DNA of 64,000 nucleotides from Macrostomum hystrix (taxonomy: Eukaryota > Animalia > Platyhelminthes). The stretch lies in assembly GCA_950097015.1 (NCBI GenBank), contig CATNEN010000029.1, forward strand, positions 3,038,001 to 3,102,000, given 5' to 3'. Below the pieces are notes generated by a model. It saw only the letters and a list, made by a program, of their open reading frames with translations, did not search any database and had not been told where the DNA came from. This document shows, piece by piece, positions 12,805 through 26,420 of this stretch (the stretch's first letter is position 1; each line of letters opens with the position of its first letter). Position numbers and translations under genes: made by a program.

Positions 12805-12867
12805 GATTTGAGAGTGGAATAGAATGGATGGCTAGTATAGCCCTGGTAATAATACTTCTCCTTCCAG

Positions 12868-12948
12868 TGCATCTTTGAAGAGAGCCAGCAGCAGCAACAG
12901 CAGCAACAGCAGCAACAGCAGCAACAGCAGCAGCAGCAACAGCAGCAA

Positions 12949-13004
<56 letters not shown>

Positions 13005-13500
13005 ACAGCAGCAACAGCAGCAGCCTCAGCAGCACAGAGGCAATCAGCTGGCCAGCCTGTGGCTGAGTCGTCCAGCCTTTGTGGTCCGGTCGCTGCGGGA
13101 GGTCCTTGAACCCGGCGAGCTCAGCACCGCCTGGCGCAGTGCCAAAGGCAAGGAGGCCTCCTTCAGCTGCTACAACCGCAATGTGTTGGTTGGCGTCAAG
13201 CGGCTGCAGCTCGGCGGGACGACCGCCCGCAGTGAGGACGTCCGGCTTTACGCCTTCGGCGATGACCCCGCTGCTCTGAGCGACGGCGCCAATTCGCGGG
13301 TCGGCTACGACGCCTACTTTACTCGGGACGATTTCGACGAAGACGATGACGATGCGGCGATCGCGGCGACGATGTCAGCGAAGGAGGCTGCAAAGAAGGC
13401 GGCGTCGATGAGCAGAGTGGCGACGGCATCGGTGGCTTCAGCATCGAACCGGAGGCGAAATCAGCAGAAATCTTCGGCGATCGGGTTTAAACGGACGTAA
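12868..13500 (+). CDS. Unidentified polyQ protein, exon 2
   Basis: CTTCCAG acceptor; CIFEES, then 46 CAG/CAA codons (12886-13023), in frame with ORF 13081-13500; GC3-rich codons; TAA at 13498-13500. Confidence 0.65.
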
Positions 13501-13875
13501 TTTTCCAACCAGACTACTCTTAGTAGAGGCATTTCAGTAAAAAATAACGCAAGCTTAAAGTCTTATCTGTTCTGTAATCCGGATCTCAATGCAAAAACCA
13601 TGTCCAATGCCGACTTTTGTACAAATAAAAAGACAAAAATTTTTTTTTTTCTGTGAACGTTAGAATGTAATCTAAAAAGTGCTGTCTGACGTGTCTTTTA
13701 ATTCCAGGAAAGACCCACTTATCGGAAAATTATCTTTCTTAAGTTGCATTTTTTTGACAATTCTAGCCTGATACTCCTGAATTCCGTTTTTAGTCGAGCC
13801 TTTTTAAAATTAAACATTCCAAAATAAGAATAATTCGACAACCCTTCATGGGTCTTATCGCTTAATTTAAAGGAA

Positions 13876-13906
13876 CTGCCTGCCTGCCTGACTGCCTGCC
13901 TGCTTG

Positions 13907-13942
<36 letters not shown>

Positions 13943-13946
13943 CTTG

Positions 13947-13990
<44 letters not shown>

Positions 13991-13994
13991 CTTG

Positions 13995-14058
<64 letters not shown>

Positions 14059-14062
14059 CTTG

Positions 14063-14094
<32 letters not shown>

Positions 14095-14174
14095 CTTGCC
14101 TGCCTGCCTGCCTGCCTGCTTGCCTGCCTGCCTGCCTGCTTGCCTGCCTGCCTGCTTGCCTCCCTGCCTGCTTG

Positions 14175-14226
<52 letters not shown>

Positions 14227-14246
14227 CTTGCCTGCCTGCCTGCTTG

Positions 14247-14290
<44 letters not shown>

Positions 14291-14294
14291 CTTG

Positions 14295-14350
<56 letters not shown>

Positions 14351-14354
14351 CTTG

Positions 14355-14397
<43 letters not shown>
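13876..14397. repeat. (GCCT)n microsatellite
   Basis: Direct reading; source of the PACL and QAGR ORFs. Confidence 0.97.
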
Positions 14398-14913
14398 AAT
14401 AGTTTCTTCTATCATAAAAATTTTCTGTCCAGCTAATTAAATTAACGTGTGCCTCGCACAGCAAAGCCCTGTGCTCATGCTCAAGCTGCTGAGCAACTGT
14501 CAGTGTACAGTCGGGCACAATGCGACAGCCGCAGTCATGATCGAAATCAATTTGCCCCTAATCAAAGAGAGATGGACAGAAAGAGGGAGATGAGGGGTAA
14601 TGGAAAATAACAGAGGGACACGGAGAGAGATTCTCACGACCAGCTGGGGGAGATTCGAGGCACCAGGCCAGGTCGCTTCAATGTAAAGTATGGGGATAAG
14701 GGATTTGATGTGTATTAGCGGCTTGGATAATTATCCTTGCTTATCGATTCGTCTCAAGCCTTTATTGATCTGCGTGTTCCTCCCCGCACTGCATTGTGTG
14801 TGTGCGTGATGAGGGTCGTTTCTTCATCACAGACACTCTAGCTGCAGCCTCTGCTGTTGCAACGTATTTTATCCAAACCAACTGCATACGGAAAATGATT
14901 ATGTACCTATAAA

Positions 14914-16104
14914 CTGTTAGACTCGTGTGTAGCCTGTTAGACTCGTGTGTAACCTGTTAGACTCCTATGTTACCTGTTAGACTCGTGTGTAACCTGTTAG
15001 ACTCATATGTTACCTGTTAGACTCGTGTGTAGCCTGTTAGACTCGTGTGTAACCTGTTAGACTCGTGTGTAACCTGTTAGACTCCTATGTTACCTGTTAG
15101 ACTCGTGTGTAACCTGTTAGACTCGTGTATAACCTGTTAGACTCGTGTGTAACCTGTTAGACTCCTATGTAACCTGTTAGACTCCTATGCTACCTGTTAG
15201 ACTCGTGTGTAACCTGTTAGACTCCTATGTAACCTGTTAGACTCCTATGCTACCTGTTAGACTCGTGTGTAACCTGCGAGACTCATGTGTAACCTGTTAG
15301 ACTCGTGTGTAACCTGTTAGACTCGTGTGTAACCTGTTAGACTCGTGTGTAACCTGTTAGACTCCTATGTAACCTGTTAGACTCCTATGCTACCTGTTAG
15401 ACTCGTGTGTAACCTGTTAGACTCCTATGTAACCTGTTAGACTCCTATGTAACCTGTTAGACTCCTATGCTACCTGTTAGACTCGTGTGTAACCTGCGAG
15501 ACTCATGTGTAATCTGTTAGACTCGTGTGTAACCTGTTAGACTCGTGTGTAACCTGTTAGACTCCTATGCTACCTGTTAGACTCCTATGCTACCTGTTAG
15601 ACTCGTGTGTAACCTGCGAGACTCATGTGTAACCTGTTAGACTCGTGTGTAACCTGTTAGACTCGTGTGTAGCCTGTTAGACTCGTGTGTAACCTGTTAG
15701 ACTCGTGTGTAACCTGTTAGACTCCTATGTTACCTGTTAGACTCCTATGCTACCTGTTAGACTCCTATGCTACCTGTTAGACTCGTGTGTAACCTGTTAG
15801 ACTCCTATGTTACCTGTTAGACTCGTGTGTAACCTGTTAGACTCCTATGCTACCTGTTAGACTCGTGTGTAACCTGTTAGACTCGTGTGTAACCTGTTAG
15901 ACTCGTGTGTAACCTGTTAGACTCGTGTGTAACCTGTTAGACTCGTGTGTAACCTGTTAGACTCGTGTGTAACCTGTTAGACTCGTGTGTAACCTGTTAG
16001 ACTCGTGTGTAACCTGTTAGACTCGTGTGTAACCTGCGAGACTCATGTGAAACCTGTTAGACTCGTGTGTAACCTGTTAGACTCCTATGTTACCTGTTAG
16101 ACTC
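14914..16104. repeat. 20-bp minisatellite (~60 copies)
   Basis: Unit ACCTGTTAGACTC(GTGTGTA/CTATGTT/CTATGCT). Confidence 0.96.
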
Positions 16105-16635
16105 AAGGCAAACATGTAAGACAAAGTTGAAAAATGTAATACAATGTTCTACCCAGAACTCAAAAGGCGATACTGCTGTCCTACTCAGAAAGCAACGTAA
16201 AGCGGCTCAATTAGACAGATTTGATTTAGACTTCAGCAATTGACTTTCCGCAGCCAAAAACTCATCATACGGAACTAAACCCCAATTGTAACCGCAACGT
16301 GTTTATAGACAGACCTAAGCTCATTCTCCAAAAGGATCAGCCCAGATTGCTGATTCCCTAATCCCATCTCATAATCCTATAATCTATAGAATTCTTCCAT
16401 CGCTGATTGCATCCTGAGCCTCCAAGGACCCAATCAGCAGTCAAACTGGAGATCTCCCTGCCCGAGATCAACCCGCTGAGAGACTCGCTGTTCCACGACT
16501 GCCTTCTAGAAGCAGAAAATAGTTGATGCAATTATTGATTGCGAGTTGTGTCACCGCAGCTTCGGACTAGCGATCGACTGCGCTGGAATTGCACTAAAAA
16601 AGGAGCAGATTTAACAGCTGCCTTTTAACTCCAGA

Positions 16636-16764
<129 letters not shown>

Positions 16765-17612
16765 CGACAAAATTTGATTGGAAGATGAACGAGCAAACGA
16801 ATAAGAATGAAGTCCTAGTTAGCTGTATCCAAGCTGTCAGCATTACTTAGCGCTATGAAATCACTGACAAAACTGTACGTGTATTTGCATTTTGATGTGT
16901 GATTTATTAACGATTAACTAGGCAGAAGAAAGCTGAAATATATAAGTGCAGAAATTTATAGATGACTGACAGAGACCTGAGCCTTAGCCTTAACTCTCAC
17001 CTGTCCACCCACTCCTGCTCAGAGCGTGCTCTGCGATGAAAAAATTGATAAATTATTTATTGTCAATCAAGCCCCACCCCAGTTTCTAGCCCAACACACG
17101 CCACCGTCCCCCGCCCCACTCTGCTGCCCCATCCCATGCCCCACCCCAACCTCCGGTGGAGGATGGCCTGACAGGGCGGGATTTCCTGTCGAAACTGCGG
17201 CCTTGGTGGTATTTCACACCGGCTCTGAGCTGTCATTCAAAAAACACACAAGCGAGGTATAGATAGAAGGAGTTGTTGGGACTAGGGGAGAGATGTGTGT
17301 GCCCGGGAAATGGGAAAACGACTAAAAGAGGAGCCTTGGCTAAAAACTGGATTTCAAGCCAGTCACTGCCGATGCTGCGGACTGAAAGAAACGAAAAAAT
17401 TTTACCCACTGAAATTTCTGTATTTTTTTTACTGCTGGCTGATCCTTCTGAGTCTGCCTGTCTTTCTGCATTCGTTTAGTGGCGTCATTTCAGAGCAGGA
17501 AAATGTGAAATTGGACATAGGAGAAGGGACACAGAAGGACGGGGGATGAAAAAATGGCTAAGTAGATCGAATTCTGGCGGGATTTTTAATGTAGTAAAAC
17601 ACACTGGGAGAT

Positions 17613-18030
<418 letters not shown>

Positions 18031-18516
18031 AGCAGCAAAGTTTGCAAAGCGGCAACCATAGGGAAATGAAATGTAAAAGAGCGACCTCTTAGAAATCAAC
18101 ACGAGCAGCACAAAACAAAACTGGCTGTTTAAACAGTGGAGTCCCTATAGGCACGAACTCTCCGGAACTTTTGCGCGAAAGACTTCAATTCAGAGAAGAG
18201 AAGATGTTCTTATACTCTGCTTCGCTTCTTCTAGTAAGAAGAAAAAGGACGGCTAAGAAGTATGGGGCGGCGCCATTGAGTGCCTCATTCTCCCTTCTTG
18301 CGGGATCCCAATCATCTCGCTCCATCTCTAGGCGCAGGTCATTTTTCTTCTTCTTTTGCATTATTACTGCAGTTGAGGTGGGGTGGGGCAAGTGCGGCTG
18401 AAGTAGCTTGGATGGCCATCGCGTGAGTGAACCGCCTCTCCGGTCTGTGGACCTAACAAATGACCGACTTGGTGAAGGGGCGGGAGACTAAGAAGTGCAT
18501 AGGGCACCAAAGAATA

Positions 18517-19788
18517 CATCCATCCATCCATCATCCATCATCCATCCATCCATCCATCCATCCATCCATCATCCATCCATCCATCCCTCCATTCATCCAT
18601 CCATCCATCGATCCATCTATCCATCATCCCTCCATCCATCCATCCATCCATCTAATCCATCCAATACATCCATTCATCCATCCATCCATCCATCCATCAT
18701 CTATCCAATTCATCTATCATCCATCCATCCATCCATCCATCATCTATCCAATTCATCGATCATCCATCCATCCATCCATCCATCTAATCCATCCAATACA
18801 TCAATTCATCCATCGATCCATCTATCCATCATCCCTCCATCCATCCATCCATCCATCTAATCCATCCAATACATCCATTCATCCATCCATCCATCCATCC
18901 ATACATCCATCCATCCATCCATCCATCCATCCATCCATCCATCCATCCATCCATCCATCCATCCATCCATCCATCCATCCATCCAACCATCCATCCATCC
19001 ATCCATCATCTATCCAATTCATCGATCATCCATCCATCCATCCATCCATCTAATCCATCCAATACATCCATTCATCCATCCATCCATCTATCCATCATCC
19101 CTCCATGCATCCATCCATCCATCCAATCCATCCATCCATCCATCCATCCATCCATCCATCCATCCATCCATCCATCCATCCATCCATCCATCCATCCATC
19201 CATCCATCCATCCATCCATCCATCCATCCATCCATCCATCCATCCATCCATCCATCCATCCATCCATCCATCCATCCATCCATCCATCCATCAATCCATT
19301 CATCCTATTCAACTATCATCCATCCATCCATCAATCCATTCATCCTATTCAACTATCATCCATCCATCCATCCATCCATCCATCCATCCATCCATCCATC
19401 CATCTAATCCATCCAATCCATCCATCCATCAATCCATCCATCCATCCATCCATCCATCCATCCATCCATCCATCCATCTAATCCATCCAATCCATCCATC
19501 CATCAATCCATCCATCCATCCATCCAATTCATCTATCATCCATCCATCCATCCATCTAATCCATCCAATCCATCCATCCATCAATCCATCCATCATCCAT
19601 CCAATTCATCTATCATCCATCCATCCATCCAATCCATCCATCCAATTCATCCATCCATCCATCTAATCCATCCAATTCATCCATCCATCCATCTAATCCA
19701 TCCAATTCATCCATCCATCCATCTAATCCATCCAATTCATCCATCCATCCATCTAATCCATCCAATTCATCCATCCATCCATCCATCA
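18517..19788. repeat. (ATCC)n compound microsatellite
   Basis: Direct reading, with internally duplicated interrupted blocks. Confidence 0.95.
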
Positions 19789-19844
19789 TTGATCTATCTA
19801 TATTATGCTATCTATTGTCTAACAGTCCAAAGGAGACTAATTCA

Positions 19845-19930
19845 TGCCCTTGAGCAAGTTCACCCACATGTAAAATGCGTAGAAATCTAGGTGGGTGTGT
19901 TGGCCCTCCATGGACTGTAACAGCTGTACA
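19845..19930 (+). mobile_element. Probable SINE family B-related fragment
   Basis: GGTGGGTGTG...TCCATGGACTG.AACA.C shared with 31900-31940. Confidence 0.4.
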
Positions 19931-20451
19931 CAGCTGTTTGGAAGTAAATCCTGGCTTAACAGGGTTAGTCACCGTCTCTATCTAGTTATCTACCTGTCTA
20001 TCATTTGTTCAATCCTTCCCACACTCCCCATAGCTACAAGTTTTCAAATTTGAGAGAAGCTCTCAAAAAGATGAAAGGCGGTTTAAAGCTGTGACGAGAA
20101 GGAAAAGGGATTTTTGCTGCATTCTAGGCGGGCATCGCTGATGAATATAGGGAGGGGGTGGCATCCCCCTTGTTGTTTGGCAAATGCAAGTACAGCAGTG
20201 CGCACTGAGCCTACAGAGGGGAAGCAGAGTTGAAGAAATTGAAGAGTGGCTTTCAAGGTGCTTTGAATGAGAAAAATGAAGGCTTGGAATAGAAGGTAGA
20301 GAGGTGAAGGAGCTGGTGGATTCAAAACTACTGGAAGGAAGTGGTGCCGGTGTTCTCAGGTAGTCAATATCTAAACACAGAATGGGGATAACAACAGACG
20401 ATGCTGGGATTCTAAAAGCGGCGGAGCTGGAATGCTGGGAGTCAGGAAGAA

Positions 20452-21080
20452 TCAAGCAGTTACTTGGGGAAATTTCGTCTGTGAGCGGCCGACGGATACG
20501 GAGGGACTCCAGTTGGCGGCGCTGCTGCTGTAGCTGGAGACGCTGACACTGCGGTCGTAGGCGGGATGCTGCAGTTGATGGTGATGAGGCTGCTGATAGC
20601 CGAGCAGGGGCGAACACGCGGCGCTTTTGCTGGCTGAGCAGTTGCGCATCACCGACGGAGTTGACGACTGGCGCTGGCAGAGCCGCTGCTGCTGCTGGTG
20701 CTGGTGGTAAGCTAGCAGCGGCTGCCGGGCTGGCGACCCCAGCTGGCTGACGGAGTCCAGAGCTGCCATCGAGCTCATTGCTGTCATCGGGATGCACTCG
20801 GATGGGAGCTTCAAGCCATCGGCAGCTTTGCAGAATCCACCGGCGGTGATGAAGCTGCGATCCGCGCCGGCCTCCTGGTCAGCGTCGTCGCTGTACTCTT
20901 CCTCCTCTTCGTTGGCGTCGTTGTCGGCGTTTCCGTTGACAATCCTCGGGCGCAACCGAGCCGAATTCGACGCCACCGTCGCCGGCGCAGCGCCTCCCGC
21001 AGCCACCGGAGCCGCCGGCGTCAGCGGCGACAGCTTCGAAATAGATGTAGCGCTTGAAGGCGAACACCTGACTGGAAGGA
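20452..21080 (-). CDS. Probable C-terminal cytoplasmic tail of the MS4A-like gene, in a shifted frame
   Basis: Overlapping open frame (ORF 20452-21156) with strongly C/G-ending codons (NADNDANEEEEEYSDDAD..., Q/H-rich); junction position uncertain. Confidence 0.5.
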
Positions 21081-21569
21081 GCTGGCCAGGATCTGCGCTG
21101 CGTGCGCCGCCAGGGCCACCACGTGCAGAAAGATCCGGCGATTGATGCCACGGCACCGGCTGACCAGGTACCAGTCCTGCTGGAAGTCGGGGCTGCCAGC
21201 CACGTAGCGCCGCAGGTCGGATTCAACCAGGAGGCCAACGACGCCCATGCCGATGGCCATGAGGCCAAGCATGGCGGCCAGTAGGCTCAGCACCATGCTG
21301 CTGATGGAGGCCCGACCGCCGCCGGTGCCCCTGGACGCTCCCAGCGCCAGAAGGCCGTTGGCGGCGTAGAATGCGCCCGTCCATGTTCCGACAGCCAGGA
21401 AGCCGGCGAAGCATAGATCGAAGTGACAGGCCAGGGAGGCCACGAATGCCGCGACTCCGGTGCTGATCTGGGCCAGAGCGGTCGCTTGCACTCGCTTTGA
21501 ATAGGGTGACGACGAGGAGCCGCCGCCGCCGCCGCCGCCGTTGTTGTTCAATTCCCGACGTCGGCACAT
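21021..21569 (-). CDS. MS4A/CD20-like four-transmembrane protein, N-terminal ORF
   Basis: Four hydrophobic segments; ALAQISTG and GTWTGAFYAANGLLAL resemble the CD20-family xQIxxG and WxGxxFxxxGxL signatures. Confidence 0.65.
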   Translation of the reverse strand: MCRRRELNNNGGGGGGGSSSSPYSKRVQATALAQISTGVAAFVASLACHFDLCFAGFLAVGTWTGAFYAANGLLALGASRGTGGGRASISSMVLSLLAAMLGLMAIGMGVVGLLVESDLRRYVAGSPDFQQDWYLVSRCRGINRRIFLHVVALAAHAAQILASSFQSGVRLQALHLFRSCRR

Positions 21570-22296
21570 TTAATGAGGAAAATATTCCAATTAACTATAG
21601 AAAACGCTGTGAAGAGCTGAGATCGAGATTGTGAGTTGACTGAGTTGAGACTGAGTGACTGAGGTAGCCGATTATTTATTTAACCAATTTGACGGCCTCC
21701 CATTGGCTAGTACCGCTGGGTGATTGTTGAGTGGCTGGGGCAGCTTCAGCTGTGCTCAAACTGTTCTCATACTATGCTTAAACTGGGCTCAAACTGTGCT
21801 CAAATTTTGCTCAAGCTGTGCGCAATTGATGCTCAAACTGTGCTCAAAGTGCGCTTAAAGTGTGCTCAAACTTGTTAATGTAACTGAGCAGGTGACAGAA
21901 GCAATTAACGCCCTCTTGTCAACTCCCCACGCCTTATAAAAGTGTCAGCAAGCGGTTGCAGGCCGCATCCTGTGCGGATCCCACAGAGATCCCCAAAAGT
22001 GGGAGCGGCCGAGATACTGCATGGATGTGCTCAAGGGGCGGGGCAGGAGAAGAGCACCGCATAGGGAAATCCCGCACCCCGCTAGTTGTGTCGATACATT
22101 TTCCTTAGATTCTTAACAAAAAACATTTTAGTCTCGCCTTCTTCGGGCAGCATCATTACCCGGCAAAGTGCCTTTACCCCCTAGGCGTACAGGTTTACAC
22201 AATGGCCTTCTAAACCTTGAAACACATCCTTGAGTAACTCCAACACTATTCTCTATTCCCGCTTCTGCTTTGAGAAAGTTGGATTTTTTACAGTTG

Positions 22297-22880
22297 ATGA
22301 AAAAGGACAGTGGGTGAGAAAGGACAGTGGATGAGAAAGGACAGTGGATGAGAAAGGACAGTGGATGAGAAAGGACAGTGGGTGAGAAAGGACAGTGGGT
22401 GAGAAAGGACAGTGGATGAGAAAGGACAGTGGGTGAGAAAGGACAGTGGATGAGAAAGGACGGTGGATGAGAAAGGACAGTGGATGAGAAAGGACAGTGG
22501 ATGAGAAAGGACAGTGGATGAGAAAGGACAGTGGATGAGAAAGGACAGTGGATGAGAAAGGACAGTGGATGAGAAAGGACAGTGGGTGAGAAAGGACAGT
22601 GGGTGAGAAAGGACAGTGGGTGAGAAAGTACAGTGGATGAGAAAGGACAGTGGGTGAGAAAGGACAGTGGGTGAGAAAGGACAGTGGATGAGAAAGGACA
22701 GTGGGTGAGAAAGGACAGTGGGTGAGAAAGGACAGTGGGTGAGAAAGGACAGTGGGTGAGAAAGGACAGTGGGTGAGAAAGGACAGTGGGTGAGAAAGGA
22801 CAGTGGATGAGAAAGGACAGTGGATGAGAAAGGACAGTGGATGAGAAAGGACAGTGGATGAGAAAGGACAGTGGATGAGA
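22297..22880. repeat. 17-bp minisatellite
   Basis: Unit GAGAAAGGACAGTGG(A/G)T, ~34 copies. Confidence 0.96.
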
Positions 22881-23272
22881 CCAACATATGGTATTCGTGA
22901 GTCTTGAAGGTTAAAAAAATTCGAAATGGGAATTATAAAATAGCGTGACAGCCAAATTATCGCCTAGTACTCTTGTTTACTCTTTTGGGAAATCGGAAAT
23001 TTATGTCATTTGCCGACATTCGGATTATATAGCCTATATATTTTCTGAACGATTACTGTAAAATTGTACTTATATATCTAAAATAGGTTCAAAAGTTTTG
23101 AAATTTGTCTGTGTAAAATTTTTGTGAAGATTCACAATAATCTACTCTACTAAGAGTAGAGAGAAGTAGAATTGAATATAAATTTATTTTTTTTTATTTT
23201 TAATGAATAATGAATAATAAATAACTCAAAATGACGTGTGACTTCACAAGACTTTGAGAATGACTGGAGAAC

Positions 23273-23698
23273 GATGGATTGACAGTGGGGTGTGTTTGAA
23301 GTCTGATGGATTGACAGTGGGGTGTGTTTGAAGTCTGATGGACTGACAGTGGGGTGTGTTTGAAGTCTGATGGACTGACAGTGGGGTGTGTTTGAAGTCT
23401 GATGGACTGACAGTGGTGTGTGTTTGAAGTCTGATGGACTGACAGTGGGGTGTGTTTGAAGTCTGATGGACTGACAGTGGGGTGTGTTTGAAGCCTGATG
23501 GACTGACAGTGGGGTGTGTTTGAAGCCTGATGGACTGACAGTGGGGTGTGTTTGAAGTCTGATGGACTGACAGTGGGGTGTGTTTGAAGCCTGATGGACT
23601 GACAGTGGGGTGTGTTTGAAGCCTGATGGTCTGACAGTGGGGTGTGTTTGAAGCCTGATGGTCTGACAGTGGGGTGTGTTTGAAGCCTGATGGACTGA
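23273..23698. repeat. 32-bp minisatellite
   Basis: Unit TGATGGACTGACAGTGGGGTGTGTTTGAAG(T/C)C, ~13 copies. Confidence 0.95.
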
Positions 23699-23713
23699 AG
23701 TCTGAAGTCCAAA

Positions 23714-24040
23714 TAGTGGCAGAGCGGTTAACGCGTTTGCCTCTCGCACCAAGGTGCCTAAGCTCGATTCCGCGGCGAGGCCACATTCATTTGGGGCGCA
23801 GCCGCGGAGAGAAGGCTTTGGGGCTTGTCGTGCAGTTTATGCTATTGAGGGCCAACCTCCATGGAACAGTGAGAGTGTACACTGTCTGACGATGAGAAAG
23901 TCAGGGCAGATGTACACACCTGTGTGCGTGTGTGCTGAGGAGTCAGCGAAATGGGCAGAATTGCCTCCTCGCTGACAGCGGGTCTAGTGTCACCAAATGA
24001 TGTGCCATTGCCCGCAGCCCTCCTGCAATTATCATTATTA
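23714..24040 (+). mobile_element. tRNA-derived SINE family A, near full-length copy
   Basis: A box TGGCAGAGCGG, B box GCTCGATTCC (23762-23771), body shared with three other copies, AT-rich tail. Confidence 0.8.
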
Positions 24041-24506
24041 ATTCTGATGGAATGGCATGGCATGTTTGAAGTCTGGTGGAATGGAAATGACATTCAAATG
24101 TCTATGGAATGAAGGCCTTGCAAAATAGAGAGTCCAGCAAATGACACCTGCAAGTTCAGGCAGTATTTGCCTAGCGGGACGTCAGCTGTAGCGATAATCC
24201 GGGATCCAAGATTATCTATCGCTTGAGCAGCTTTAGGCGGAGACGAAACACTGCTTCGTCACTGAATCACCGAAACACTGAGAGAGAGAACCCAGTGCCC
24301 ACAGATTAGCCAGGAAAGCGCAAATCCGTTACTTTTCTATCCGTGAGTCCAGACCTTGTGAGCTTTCTGGATTATGGCAAGGATGCAAACTTTCATGAGT
24401 GTGTCTTAATCCGACGCTTACTGAAAAGGAAATCGACTGAGAAATCGAAAATAATTTGAACTTTTGTTTTAAACGACAAAGGCCACGTGTACTTTAGCTA
24501 ACTATT

Positions 24507-24605
24507 TAGTTAGTTAGTTAGTTAGTTTGTTTGTTTGTTAGTTTGTTAGTTTGTTTTTTGTTAGTTTGCTTGTTTGTTTGTTTGTTTGCTTGTTTGTTTG
24601 TTTGT
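24507..24605. repeat. (TTAG/TTTG)n microsatellite
   Basis: Direct reading. Confidence 0.85.
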
Positions 24606-24981
24606 CAGTCAAGTCAAGTCAACTCAAGTTAAGGCACCAAAGCTCGAGTTGTTTATCAAGCCTGTCGAATGGATTGTTTTGATTTGAGCTACTAGCTACT
24701 TAAGCTGTCATCGAAGCTTCACGCTTCAGGAACTTTGAGATCTGGTCGACAGGGCCTCGTTCGATTTTTTCGAGTTGTGAGCAATCCCCCCTTAGGTTCC
24801 TTTTGAATGAGTGCCTCCATGGTGGCTAACGGAATCCAAGGGGATCAAAATGCGGATTAAACAGAGCTGCCATAGACTACGGAAGGATACTTGACAACAA
24901 GCCGCATTTGTTTGACGTTTATGAATGTATATTTAAATCAAGCAAGAGCTGCAATATCTAGCACACCATATACGGGCTCTA

Positions 24982-25647
24982 CACCCAGCAACATTTAAAA
25001 CGCAACACTCTAACTAGAAGAAAAATCAACTCACTCAGAAGAGTCAAAGCGCATAGTCTATGGTTCAAATCGAGCTTCAGAAACGCGTGTAGCTTCCTCT
25101 CGCAAGTAACAGGGCGTTGACTCGACATGGCATTCCCAGAACAAGGCGTCGAAAAAAGTCCTGGGGAATTTCCTGCCACGCGTTAGCAACAGCGTTTCGC
25201 AGTTCAGCGACTGTCTGCGGCGGATTCTGCCATTGAACACTCCGCTTGATAAAGTCCCAGACATGTTCAATTGGGTTCATATCAGGGGATATGCACCGTA
25301 CCTTTTCTCGCGTGAGCCACGCTTCCTATGGCTCTGCTCTTCTGTAGCAGACGTAAAACTGTTGAAGGCGACCTCCCGAAGTGGTTCGCAACTGTTCGAA
25401 GAGTACAACCTGCTTCCAACATTCCGACTGCTCGCCATCTTTCCGCGTCTGTCATCTGTTGAACCATTCTCTCTCAGCTGGATCACTCTATCTGAAAACA
25501 GTCCATAGTCATCGCCCTGTTACTTGCGAGAGGAAGCTACACGCGTTTCTGAAGCTCGATTTGAACCATAGACTATGCGCTTTGACTCTTCTGAGTGATT
25601 TGATTTTTCTTCTAGTTAGAGTGTTGCGTTTTAAATGTTGCTGAGTG
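24982..25647 (-). mobile_element. Internally deleted Tc1-type DNA transposon (666 bp)
   Basis: ~141-bp TIRs (24982-25122 and 25507-25647) flanked by TA on both sides; minus strand encodes a Tc1 HTH N-terminus (ERWRAVGMLEAG...ANHFGRSPSTV) fused to a C-terminus (SPDMNPIEHVWD...MPCRVNALLLARGSYTRF). Confidence 0.93.
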
Positions 25648-26327
25648 TATATTCAGAAGTACATAGATAAAAATATCACGCATCATCTGAACAAAACTTG
25701 CACTACATGCTTCCGTATCTAGAAAAGATATTGCTGTTTCATTTTCAGCAATTTGTAAAATGTACTATAGACCTCGAACTGTTCTTCGCAACGTCCCACT
25801 TGAGTCTAGATAAAGCGCCTTCGCTTTGCCATCAGGGCAAGAAGAGTCTGGCTCAGGCCCAGAATTCTCATTAAAAGTCAATAGAGTGGCCACTTTACTG
25901 CCAGGATTCCGCCTTTCCTACCAGAAACCTCACTCACTGGCCCGTGCGCCGCCGCTCGGCCCTCCACTCTCCTTACAAGCTCCTCGCAGCCGTCTCTCTC
26001 CTTCCTTCATCTCCGCCCAGTTTCCTTAATACTGGCTGCAGTCTCCATGACAACAGCCCGCTTGGGGAATTCTGATGCTGCTTAAAAAGATCGACTTGAA
26101 TTTCTCAGGCCAGTCTCACTTTGGGTTCTAAGACTCGGATCATAGACATAACGAGCTGAACTCCTCCTTCGGAGGAGGTTGAGGGGATAAAACTCCCATC
26201 GCTCGAATTCCATCAACCGAACTCAAACAATTCTAAGGTAAATCCGTGAACTTTAAATCAGTTGAGCTCAAAGCATTCGAATTGTTTGATTAGTTTGCCA
26301 GGAAGCCCCATGATAGACTGATAGTAT

Positions 26328-26420
26328 CTGTGTGCGTGTGTGCTCAGGAGTCAGCGAAATGGGCAGAATTGCCTCCTCGCTGGCTTCGGGTCTAGTTCCT
26401 GCAAATATAATATTTTTATT
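26328..26420 (+). mobile_element. SINE family A, 3' fragment
   Basis: GGAGTCAGCGAAATGGGCAGAATTGCCTCCTCGCTG identical to 23939-23974. Confidence 0.8.

Noticed and set aside
23881-23910. Hammerhead-like CTGACGA...GAAA in SINE A
   Set aside because: Only 3 nt lie between CTGANGA and GAAA, so there is no stem II; it folds better as a simple hairpin
24719-24820. Minus-strand micro-ORF with perfect GCCACCATGG Kozak
   Set aside because: Only 33 codons, no recognisable motif and no supporting gene structure
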